From positions 1-30,621 of IMG/VR virus record IMGVR_UViG_3300051213_000997: a DNA stretch of 30,621 nucleotides. The stretch is one strand, 5' to 3'. Source of the DNA: a virus. Taxonomy: Duplodnaviria > Caudoviricetes. The position numbers and the translations under genes are program-made. How positions within the stretch are numbered: position 1 is the first letter of the stretch; the number at the start of each line of letters is the position of its first letter. Positions 1 through 7,623 of the stretch are shown in pieces. Under the pieces are notes generated by a model, which saw only the letters and a program-made list of their open reading frames with translations, ran no database searches and was not told the origin of the DNA.

Positions 1-2161
1 ACGTAACAGACTCTGTTCTGTAAAGACCTGTACCAGGGAAGAATAGTTCTCCTTGAAGAGGGGTAGCTGGATCAAAATCTGCAATTCCAACGTTCGATAA
101 CGTATAAGGAATTCTTTGAACTCCTGCTGGCAAGTTTCTGCCTGTTACTGTTATTGTAACGAGATCTCCCTCTGTTACAGAAGCTGTGCCAGAGATTACA
201 TAATCTGCTGCTGGTGGTGGTGGCGGCTCTGGAGGAGCCTTGTCATAAATTCTGATTGTTTTAGATGCAGTTTTGGATTCAGCGTCATCAACTGTGAATT
301 TAAAGTCTTCGTAACCACCTTTTTTCTTGTCTTTGTTTTTAGCAAACTGAAATGTCCAGATGTCCCGATATTCTCTTCCACCAACGGAGTTGAATACACC
401 AGGTTTTGCTGCAAGATTTAATACGCCGCTCAACTTAGCAGGCACTGTGCCGTTGATTCTGTTGAAGTCTGCTAAATTAATGCCATTACCTGATACTGTC
501 CAGTTAGCGTTTCTGTTACTAGAAATTTGTCCGCCGCCTACGCGATCGATCGTAAACGTTACTGTTTCTCCTTCTCCAGCAGAAGCGGGACCATCAATTA
601 TGTACTGAACAGGAGGAGGATTATCAAAGATATCAATTTGTTTGCTTACCACAGGAGCATCAGAAGGAGTGAAAGTAAGAGTAATTGTTTCTTTGCCTCC
701 ATTTCTCTTATCTTTGTTTTTGCTGAAGTCGATGGTAAATCTTGCTGAATAGTTATAACCTCCGTTAGAATTAACTGTGGTATCTATAGGAACTAACCGA
801 ACAATTCCACTTAAGCCCGCTGGTTTGACATCGTTGATTTCTCTGAAATCAGAAAGATTGATTCCAGGACCTGAAATTGACCAAGGAATATCTATATGAG
901 CTACTCTGGTATTCGTATTGATCTTCTTGAGCGTTTGTGTTAACATAACAGCTTCAATTGTATCATTGCGGCCGTCGAGTGAATAATAGACAGGTTCAGG
1001 TTTGTCAAACACTTTAACATTGTGGTTGATCACTTCTGATGTTCCTGTATCAAGAGAAAATGTAACAAGCTCAGAACCGTTAAGTGTCTTGATTTTGTTT
1101 TTACCAAACTTAAATGAAACAGTGCCGCTATAAACAAGCGGAGAAGTAGAGATACGATTTAATGAAACATTGCCATTAAGAGAAGCTGGTGCTGTCCCAT
1201 TAACTAAAGTAAAGTCAGCAAGACCTAATCCAGGACCAGTTAAATTCCAAGGACGAGATAAAGACGTTCCAACATCAGTTCCGCCTTTTCTGGATACCGT
1301 CAAAGTGACTAAGTCTCCTTCTGTTACAGAAACAGGTCCAGTAACATCAAAATCAATTGGTGGAATTGGATTGTTAGGAATTGGCGTTGATGTCGGCTTT
1401 GGTGGTAATGGAGTGGATGTTGGGTTTGGAGGAATTGGTGTAGGAGTTGGGCGTGGTGGATTTGTTGGAACAGGGGTATTTGTCGGAACCATGGTTGGGT
1501 TCGGAGCCGGAGTGTCTGATGGTCTAGGTGTATTTGTTGGAAATGGAGTCGATGGAGGACGTGGCGTCGATGCCGGAAACGGTGTTTGTGTAGGAGGAAG
1601 AGTAGCAACAGGAGGAGCAATCGGCTGAACTACGTCTGGATTTGCAATTACAATATCTTGAGTAGCGTAAATAATATAACCTTTGCCTGGCTCAAACGTA
1701 TCAAATCCGTTACCTGCATTATAAGGACGATAAGAACGTAAAAACGAATTTGAATTGTTTGGAGAATAAACTAAATTAATTTTTGCGTTATGGGCATTAA
1801 TTGGCTGAGAACGAGCAAAAGGATAAATGAAAATAGTTGGCTTACCTCTTTGTGCTGTAGAATTGCCCTTAATGGTTACATTAGCTGCAGTTGATTCAGC
1901 TAATGTAGCAGCAGCGCCCGGAAGAGTGATGGTAAAGCTTCCTTTAGCTAAAGCAATATAACTTTCATTTGGCTTAAATGTGGAAAACGTATTAATTGGA
2001 CCGGGTCTGTAAGCAGTAATTCCTGTTCCAGAAGAATTAATTGTTTGGACCTCAATAAGGTACTGGTTAAATTGTTTAATGTCAACCGCAACAGTACCAT
2101 TGTTCTTTAAAAAGTTAAGTTTTCCTGTTTTGGAGTCGCCTGTTATATTGATTTGTCTCAT
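1..2161 (-). CDS. Large surface/virion adhesin-like protein, partial at the 3' end (>=720 aa): two N-terminal repeats, a Pro/Thr linker, then tandem Calx-beta/Ig-like domains
   Basis: Not in the ORF track because it runs off the left edge. Manual translation from ATG 2161 (MRQINITGDSKTGK...) stays open to base 2. It shows repeats AYRPGPINTFSTFKPNESY / SYRPYNAGNGFDTFEPGKGY, a PT-rich linker (~1360-1625) and repeated units such as GPVSVTEGDLVTLTV...W.LTGPG..LADF. ATAAATA lies 12 nt upstream. Confidence 0.85.
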   Translation of the reverse strand, partial: MRQINITGDSKTGKLNFLKNNGTVAVDIKQFNQYLIEVQTINSSGTGITAYRPGPINTFSTFKPNESYIALAKGSFTITLPGAAATLAESTAANVTIKGNSTAQRGKPTIFIYPFARSQPINAHNAKINLVYSPNNSNSFLRSYRPYNAGNGFDTFEPGKGYIIYATQDIVIANPDVVQPIAPPVATLPPTQTPFPASTPRPPSTPFPTNTPRPSDTPAPNPTMVPTNTPVPTNPPRPTPTPIPPNPTSTPLPPKPTSTPIPNNPIPPIDFDVTGPVSVTEGDLVTLTVSRKGGTDVGTSLSRPWNLTGPGLGLADFTLVNGTAPASLNGNVSLNRISTSPLVYSGTVSFKFGKNKIKTLNGSELVTFSLDTGTSEVINHNVKVFDKPEPVYYSLDGRNDTIEAVMLTQTLKKINTNTRVAHIDIPWSISGPGINLSDFREINDVKPAGLSGIVRLVPIDTTVNSNGGYNYSARFTIDFSKNKDKRNGGKETITLTFTPSDAPVVSKQIDIFDNPPPVQYIIDGPASAGEGETVTFTIDRVGGGQISSNRNANWTVSGNGINLADFNRINGTVPAKLSGVLNLAAKPGVFNSVGGREYRDIWTFQFAKNKDKKKGGYEDFKFTVDDAESKTASKTIRIYDKAPPEPPPPPAADYVISGTASVTEGDLVTITVTGRNLPAGVQRIPYTLSNVGIADFDPATPLQGELFFPGTGLYRTESVT

Positions 2162-2173
2162 AGGTTGTATTAT

Positions 2174-2180
2174 TATTTAT
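2174..2180 (-). promoter_or_regulatory. Putative T4-type late promoter (ATAAATA)
   Basis: Match to the core of the TATAAATA late consensus, 12 nt upstream of ATG 2161. Confidence 0.6.
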
Positions 2181-2220
2181 CAAATTGGTTTTAAATTTTT
2201 ATTTGTTGTTTCACTACTTA

Positions 2221-2844
2221 CTACACTTCGATAGCAGAAACGGCCTCATATGTTCCGGTTTCATAATAAACGTCGCCGTTAAACAAGAAACCTTCAAATT
2301 CTAAGTCTGTGTCTGGGTATATGTTTGTAACATACCCGTACGTTAAGCCGATTCTGCCGTTATCAAATTGAACAACAGCTCTTGGTTCAGTATCAACGTG
2401 TATTATTAATTGTCTTAACACAGGAGCTCCGGTGAGAGTAACCATGTTTGCTGGCTCATAATAAAATTTATCTCCAGAAATTAATCCGGCGTATGTAAGA
2501 TCTAGATAGCTCTGATCAACCGGTTCTCCGTCAGCTAATGTTGCAGTAAAATAGCTTGAATACTCAATAGAAGGAGGAGTCGGAGTTAAAGTTGGAACTA
2601 TAGGAGTAGACGTCGGAGCTACAGGAGTCGGCGTTGGACCAACTATTGGAGTTGCTGTTGGTGTTGGAAGTATAGCTGTAGGAGTAGGAGTAACAATCCA
2701 CGGAGCTCTCCATCCTCGTTCAGCACAAAATGACGTTAATGATTGAACGATTGTGTATAAAGAACTTACCTCAGAAAAATTTTCATTTATCTTGGTTCTA
2801 ATATCATAGAGCTGTTCTCCGTTATTTAAAATTCGCATTGACAT
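2221..2844 (-). CDS. PT-stalk virion decoration/fibre protein (207 aa) with a gp9/gp10-like N-terminal anchor motif
   Basis: N-terminal GEQLYDIRTKINENFSEV resembles T4 gp10 GDYLRKGGIKINENFDEL. Central PTPT repeats. The C-terminal domain is paralogous to the 30227..30621 protein. ATAAATA at 2851-2857, 6 nt upstream. Confidence 0.8.
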   Translation of the reverse strand: MSMRILNNGEQLYDIRTKINENFSEVSSLYTIVQSLTSFCAERGWRAPWIVTPTPTAILPTPTATPIVGPTPTPVAPTSTPIVPTLTPTPPSIEYSSYFTATLADGEPVDQSYLDLTYAGLISGDKFYYEPANMVTLTGAPVLRQLIIHVDTEPRAVVQFDNGRIGLTYGYVTNIYPDTDLEFEGFLFNGDVYYETGTYEAVSAIEV

Positions 2845-2863
2845 ATTTTATATTTATTTGACT

Positions 2864-3154
2864 TTACGTTTCTGACCAAATTAAAAAATCTCGCCAGTAG
2901 CTTGAATAATCTGACCAAGTTCCTTGAAATTGAGATTCATTCCATGTCAGCTCATCGTACCACGCTCGAGAGTCGTCCCATCTAGTTCCAAAAGGCAGAG
3001 GGGTCGGAGTGGGGCCTGGCACAGGCGTTGGGAATTTCGAAAAGTCAGGGCCAGGTCTTCTTTGAGAAGCTGATGAAGAGACTCCTGCTCCACCAGCTCG
3101 TTGCAAACGCGTGACTCGCTTTCTTAATTTGTAATTGATTTGAAAACGGCCCAT
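2864..3154 (-). CDS. Small hypothetical virion protein (96 aa): basic N-terminus, PT linker, Trp-Asp periodic C-terminus
   Basis: ATG preceded by a perfect TATAAATA (3170-3177). C-terminus is RWDDSRAWYDELTWNE...TWSDYSSYWRDFLIWSET. Confidence 0.7.
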   Translation of the reverse strand: MGRFQINYKLRKRVTRLQRAGGAGVSSSASQRRPGPDFSKFPTPVPGPTPTPLPFGTRWDDSRAWYDELTWNESQFQGTWSDYSSYWRDFLIWSET

Positions 3155-3169
3155 ATATAGTGTATATGC

Positions 3170-3225
3170 TATTTATAGGTAGAAATAAAATATTTTTTAG
3201 AAATTGTTTTGGATTTTGATAAATA
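3170..3225. promoter_or_regulatory. Back-to-back divergent late-type promoters (TATAAATA on - at 3170-3177; ATAAATA on + at 3219-3225)
   Basis: Both motifs lie in a 78-bp AT-rich intergenic region between divergent genes, 15 and 7 nt from their ATGs. Confidence 0.65.
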
Positions 3226-3232
3226 AGATTTA

Positions 3233-3772
3233 ATGAGTAACTTTGATACATTGTTTGAAAAAGAGCTTGAAAGATTTCAGCAAGGCGGAATCATAGTCGG
3301 CGATCGCGTTCGTTTTAAAAAGGATGCATTAAAACTAGACTACATTGCTTCAAGAGCACGATCTTATCAAGAGATTATCAAAGCTTGCATGGAGCCAAGC
3401 TTTGATTTAAATTTGAGAGTGGGAGCCGTTAAATCGATTTATCCTACATCTGCTACTAATTTTCAAGCAGGCAATGCTGCTCCGGACGGGGTATTCTTAG
3501 ATATCTATATTGAATATGCTCCAGGACTTTTCCGCAATCCAATGACTGTCCCGTTTGAAGCTGTGGACGTAATTGATGACGGAAACGAAAGAGGACCTAT
3601 CCCAGACAGCTTCCGTCGCAAAAACAAAATTCACGGTCCAGAAGAAGTTAAAGCTGAGACCGACAACACTGAGTCAAATATTAATTTGACCAACAAAAAC
3701 GTTCAACTGCCAGGAGCAAACAAGTGGGATGACACCCAACCTGGTGGCGGAAATTTTAAACCAAAACGCTAA
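3233..3772 (+). CDS. Hypothetical phage protein (179 aa), possibly late/virion-associated, with a KOW-like segment
   Basis: ATG 7 nt after ATAAATA; IIVGDRVRF motif; normal length and composition. Confidence 0.75.
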   Translation: MSNFDTLFEKELERFQQGGIIVGDRVRFKKDALKLDYIASRARSYQEIIKACMEPSFDLNLRVGAVKSIYPTSATNFQAGNAAPDGVFLDIYIEYAPGLFRNPMTVPFEAVDVIDDGNERGPIPDSFRRKNKIHGPEEVKAETDNTESNINLTNKNVQLPGANKWDDTQPGGGNFKPKR

Positions 3773-3823
3773 AAATAAAATTTCCTCTATGAATTCTCTG
3801 GGCGTGAACTATACTCAAAAATA

Positions 3824-4012
3824 ATGAAGACTCTGTATTACAAATGCTTAGTTGTCTTTTTTTATTACACAGGAGATGTTGTGTGCAGATTTAATTTCAA
3901 CAGCGCATTTGAACTTTATCAAAAATGTATGTCTCTATCCTTGTCTTTTGATGATAAGATAGGAAACTGGTGGTGGAAAGAACCGTCTCCACTAAACAAA
4001 ACAAATTTATGA
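3824..4012 (+). CDS. Possible small ORF (62 aa) translationally coupled to nrdB
   Basis: Fills the intergenic gap, and its TGA overlaps the nrdB ATG (ATGA, 4009-4012). No recognisable motif. Confidence 0.35.
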   Translation: MKTLYYKCLVVFFYYTGDVVCRFNFNSAFELYQKCMSLSLSFDDKIGNWWWKEPSPLNKTNL

Positions 4013-5001
4013 AAACCTTAACTCGACCAAAAATATTCGACGAACAAATTGCTAGAAAACCAGACTATTATCCGTGGGCTCAGGAATTTTCTCATGCTAT
4101 TCATTCGGGGTTTTGGACGGATAGAGAATTTAACTTTAAATCAGACGTACAGCAATTTAAAGTTAATCTGACAGACCAAGAAAGAGAAATCATTGTGCGC
4201 ACTCTTTCAGCTATTGGTCAAATTGAGATTGCAGTTAAGAAATTTTGGGCCCAATTAGGAAACAATCTCAAACACCCATCACTAGCCGACTTAGGATACG
4301 TCATGGCTAATACAGAAGTTATCCACAACAATGCATACGAAAGATTACTCGAAGTGCTTGGACTCGAGGAAGTCTTTGAAGAGAATCTTAAACTAGAGTG
4401 GATCCAAGGTAGAGTAAATTACCTACAAAAATACAACCACAAGTATTATAAAGATTCAAAAAAACAATACCTATATGCGATCATTTTGTTCACTTTGTTT
4501 GTCGAAAACGTCTCATTGTTTTCACAATTTTATGTTATCAACTGGTTTGCTCGATTTAAGAATGTTCTTAAAGACACTGACCAACAAGTTAAATACACAA
4601 GAAACGAAGAAAACCTTCATGCGTTAATTGGCATGAAGATTATCAACACTGTTAGAGAAGAATATCCAGAGCTGTTTGATGAAGAATTAGAAGAAAAAAT
4701 TCATCATGAAGCAAAAGAAGCTTACGAAGCAGAAGCTAAAATTGTTGACTGGATGGTTAATGGCATTCAACAAGACGGATTAACAGCACAGATTCTTAAA
4801 GAGTTTATTAAAAACAGAATTAATGAATCGCTCAAACAAATTAAATTTAAACCAGTTTTTGATGTTGATAAAGAATTATTAAAGGCTACAGTATGGTTTG
4901 ATGAAGAACTACTCGGAAACAACCAAACTGACTTTTTTCATAGTCGACCAGTTGATTACTCAAAAAAATCACAATCGTTTGACGAAGAAGACCTTTTTTA
5001 A
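4009..5001 (+). CDS. nrdB: Ribonucleotide reductase beta subunit, class Id-like (NrdBi), 330 aa
   Basis: Ferritin-like R2 motifs GFW, AIGQIEIAVKKFW, NTEVIHNNAY, FVENVSLFSQF, EENLH and the C-terminal DFFHSRPVDY. The ATG at 4009 is preferred over the GTG at 3970. Confidence 0.95.
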   Translation: MKTLTRPKIFDEQIARKPDYYPWAQEFSHAIHSGFWTDREFNFKSDVQQFKVNLTDQEREIIVRTLSAIGQIEIAVKKFWAQLGNNLKHPSLADLGYVMANTEVIHNNAYERLLEVLGLEEVFEENLKLEWIQGRVNYLQKYNHKYYKDSKKQYLYAIILFTLFVENVSLFSQFYVINWFARFKNVLKDTDQQVKYTRNEENLHALIGMKIINTVREEYPELFDEELEEKIHHEAKEAYEAEAKIVDWMVNGIQQDGLTAQILKEFIKNRINESLKQIKFKPVFDVDKELLKATVWFDEELLGNNQTDFFHSRPVDYSKKSQSFDEEDLF

Positions 5002-5004
5002 TCT

Positions 5005-5232
5005 ATGACAGTTAAAGAGTTAATCGACCGTCTTTCAGTAGAAGACCATCACATGCGCGTTGTAGTACAAGGATATGAAACCGGCTATGACGAGCTTGAA
5101 AAAATTCGCTTCGTGCAAATAAGTCCCAATCTTAGTAAGGAAGAAAAAAAATGGGAAGGGGAATTCGATGAAGCTGCTCTCGTAACAGAAGACACAGAAG
5201 TGGCTTTGTGTTTTTTTAGAAAATCTTATTAA
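5005..5232 (+). CDS. Small hypothetical phage protein (75 aa) inserted between nrdB and nrdA
   Basis: MTVKELIDRL...VVVQGYETGYD type of small phage ORF; 3-nt and 1-nt gaps to its neighbours. Confidence 0.75.
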   Translation: MTVKELIDRLSVEDHHMRVVVQGYETGYDELEKIRFVQISPNLSKEEKKWEGEFDEAALVTEDTEVALCFFRKSY

Positions 5233-5233
5233 T

Positions 5234-6892
5234 ATGACAAAAGACAATTATTACTGGCTCAATAAAGATTCACGCAAATTTCTAGAGCGTGGATATTTAT
5301 TAGAGGAAGAAACAGCGGAACAGCGAATTGAAGATATAGCACAGACTGCTGAAAATTATCTTAAGCTTCCAGGGTTTGCTAAAAAGTTTACAGATTATAT
5401 GGCTTTGGGGTTCTATTCTCTTTCTTCTCCAATTTGGTCTAATTTCGGAAGAAAGCGTGGTCTTCCCATTTCTTGTTTTGGTTCGTATATTTCCGATACC
5501 ATGGAATCTATTCTGCATAAAGTTGCAGAAGTAGGTATCATGACAAAACACGGAGGTGGCACTTCTGCATATTTTGGAGACATTCGTGGAAGAGGCACTC
5601 CAATCTCTTGTGGAGGAGAGTCAACCGGTTCCGTTCATTTCATGGAACTGTATAACAAACTGATGAATGTGGTTTCTCAGGGAAACGTCCGTCGAGGCTC
5701 TTTTGCAGCTTACCTGCCAATTGATCATAAAGATATCGAAGAATTTTTGCAAATCCGCTCTGACGGACACGACATTCAAGAAATGTCTTTTGCTGTATGT
5801 GTTTCTGACCAATGGATGAAAGAAATGGTGGATGGAGACAAATCAAAACGTAAAATTTGGTCCAAGGTTATTCAAAAACGTTTTGAGACGGGCTATCCAT
5901 ATGTATTGTTTTCTGATACAGTCAATAACAATGCTCCTCAAATTTACAAAGACAAAGGAATGAAAATTCACAATTCGAATCTTTGTAGCGAGATTGCATT
6001 GTCTAATGATGAAGAAGAGTCATTTGTGTGTGACCTTTCGTCGCTGAATCTCGAACGATGGGATGCTATTAAAGATACTGATGCTGTAGAGACATTAGTC
6101 TACTTTCTTGATGCTGTAATGAGCGAGTTTATTATCAAGACCGAGGGAATGCAATTCATGGAGGCTCCGAGAAAGTTTGCGATAAACCAACGAGCTCTCG
6201 GAGTAGGAGTTCTCGGATGGCATTCACTTCTCCAATCCAAGATGATTGCTTTTGAGTCATTTGATGCGAAGCTATTAAATGCTGATATATGGAAGACAAT
6301 TAGACATAGAGCAGATGCTGCAACAACAGAATTAGCTAAACTATTTGGCAAAGCTCCAATCTATAAGGATTCGAAAGAAGAAAGAAGAAACGTAACCACG
6401 CTCGCTGTAGCTCCTACAACTTCGTCTAGTTTTATCCTTGGCCAAGTATCCCAATCGATTGAGCCTCTTAATTCAAATTACTACGTTAAAGATCTTGCAA
6501 AAGGCAAATTTACATACAAGAACCCTTATCTTAAACAGCTCCTCAAAGATAAAGATAAAGATGAAGAAGAAACATGGAAGTCGGTTCTTGAGCACGGAGG
6601 ATCTGTACAGCATCTTAATTTTCTTTCCGAAGAAGAAAAAGACGTATTTAAAACGTTTGCTGAAATTTCTCAGAAAGAAATCGTCATTCAAGCAGCACAG
6701 CGTCAAAAGTACATTGATCAATCACAGAGTCTTAATGTCATGGTTCCGCATGACGCTAAACCAAAAGAAGTCAATGAGCTTTTAATTTTTGGTTGGGAAC
6801 AAGGAATTAAAACTTTTTATTACCAACGTAGTTCGAACCCTGCTCAAAAGCTAGCTCGAACGTTGATGAATTGCAAGTCTTGTGAAGCGTAA
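5234..6892 (+). CDS. nrdA: Ribonucleotide reductase alpha subunit, short with no ATP-cone (NrdAi-like), 552 aa
   Basis: ISCF, GGGTS, SQGNVRRG, catalytic NLCSE, SFVCDLSS, VAPTTSSS, DQSQSLN, TFYY and a C-terminal CKSC. Confidence 0.97.
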   Translation: MTKDNYYWLNKDSRKFLERGYLLEEETAEQRIEDIAQTAENYLKLPGFAKKFTDYMALGFYSLSSPIWSNFGRKRGLPISCFGSYISDTMESILHKVAEVGIMTKHGGGTSAYFGDIRGRGTPISCGGESTGSVHFMELYNKLMNVVSQGNVRRGSFAAYLPIDHKDIEEFLQIRSDGHDIQEMSFAVCVSDQWMKEMVDGDKSKRKIWSKVIQKRFETGYPYVLFSDTVNNNAPQIYKDKGMKIHNSNLCSEIALSNDEEESFVCDLSSLNLERWDAIKDTDAVETLVYFLDAVMSEFIIKTEGMQFMEAPRKFAINQRALGVGVLGWHSLLQSKMIAFESFDAKLLNADIWKTIRHRADAATTELAKLFGKAPIYKDSKEERRNVTTLAVAPTTSSSFILGQVSQSIEPLNSNYYVKDLAKGKFTYKNPYLKQLLKDKDKDEEETWKSVLEHGGSVQHLNFLSEEEKDVFKTFAEISQKEIVIQAAQRQKYIDQSQSLNVMVPHDAKPKEVNELLIFGWEQGIKTFYYQRSSNPAQKLARTLMNCKSCEA

Positions 6893-7168
6893 TTATATTC
6901 CTGGAATAGAACCAAAGAACTGAGTACGATAAAACATATCCCCGTTAATTGTAGCACTCAATTGATCAGAATTTGTTAATCCACGAAAAGTAAACTCCGT
7001 TCCTGCAGGCACCTCAAACCCAACAGAAGGATTTTGAAAATCAAAAATAGTGGCTGTGTGTTTTGCTCTAATGATAACTTCAGAACACTCCTGACTTTCA
7101 AGTTTAGCTTTCACTAAATTTCCTGTTAAGAAAAAAGACTTACAAATATTGCGATTGAATTGAGCCAT
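6893..7168 (-). CDS. Small beta-rich hypothetical late protein (91 aa)
   Basis: ATG 5 nt after ATAAATA (7174-7180); its stop abuts the nrdA stop. Confidence 0.7.
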   Translation of the reverse strand: MAQFNRNICKSFFLTGNLVKAKLESQECSEVIIRAKHTATIFDFQNPSVGFEVPAGTEFTFRGLTNSDQLSATINGDMFYRTQFFGSIPGI

Positions 7169-7263
7169 GGTATTATTTATCTTTTGTTGTTGAAAACGAT
7201 TTATTATCTTCTAATTAATAACACAACAATGCACACATTGTTTTAGAAAGGACACACACAACT

Positions 7264-7479
7264 ATGCCCAACAAAAATGCTTATGAAATCCGTTTGGACG
7301 TTCTCCAAATGGCTCACTCTGATGCTCAGATGAAATATTTGGAAAAGCTCAATACAATTAGAGATAATAACGGAAAAGTTACTGACTCGAATTTAATTGA
7401 AGAACTCTTTCCAAAGCCTGCTGATATTAATAAAAGAGCTGAGGAATTATATAAATTTGTCGAAAACAACGGTTTGTAA
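7264..7479 (+). CDS. Small helical hypothetical protein of T4-like phages (71 aa)
   Basis: NAYEIRLDVLQMA...FPKPADINKRAEELYKFV; SD-like AAAGGA at 7247-7252; followed by a terminator. Confidence 0.8.
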   Translation: MPNKNAYEIRLDVLQMAHSDAQMKYLEKLNTIRDNNGKVTDSNLIEELFPKPADINKRAEELYKFVENNGL

Positions 7480-7493
7480 GTGAGTCGAACCCT

Positions 7494-7529
7494 AAATCCC
7501 TCTGGGCTACCAACCTGGAGGGATTTTTT
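7494..7529 (+). terminator. Rho-independent terminator
   Basis: AAATCCCTCTGGG-ctaccaa-CCTGGAGGGATTT stem (two G-U pairs) running into a T tract. Confidence 0.8.
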
Positions 7530-7555
7530 ATGTTGAAAAATATCCATTATGTTAG

Positions 7556-7562
7556 ATAAATA
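7556..7562 (+). promoter_or_regulatory. Putative late-type promoter for hsp20
   Basis: ATAAATA just after the terminator, 61 nt upstream of ATG 7624. Confidence 0.55.
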
Positions 7563-7623
7563 AATTTGTCCTAGTGCACAATTACGTGGCTAGCACAAAA
7601 CAATATTGATTAGAAATAATAAT

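Noticed and set aside
1170-1628. 152-aa Gly/Val-rich + strand ORF, and other short ORFs in 116..1620
   Set aside because: Antisense or off-frame shadows of the real minus-strand gene 1..2161 (PT codons read as GV on the other strand)
3970-4008. GTG-initiated N-terminal extension of NrdB
   Set aside because: Family similarity starts after ATG 4009, which has an A-rich leader and ATGA coupling
4009-6892. Intron, intein or homing endonuclease in the nrd genes
   Set aside because: Both ORFs are uninterrupted and of minimal family length; the intervening ORF has no HNH, GIY-YIG or LAGLIDADG motif
7480-7555. tRNA or ncRNA in the intergenic region
   Set aside because: A single hairpin plus T tract is explained as a terminator; no cloverleaf or T-loop motif
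7568-7600. CIRCE (HrcA) operator before hsp20
   Set aside because: Only a partial TAGCAC half-site; no TTAGCACTC-N9-GAGTGCTAA arrangement
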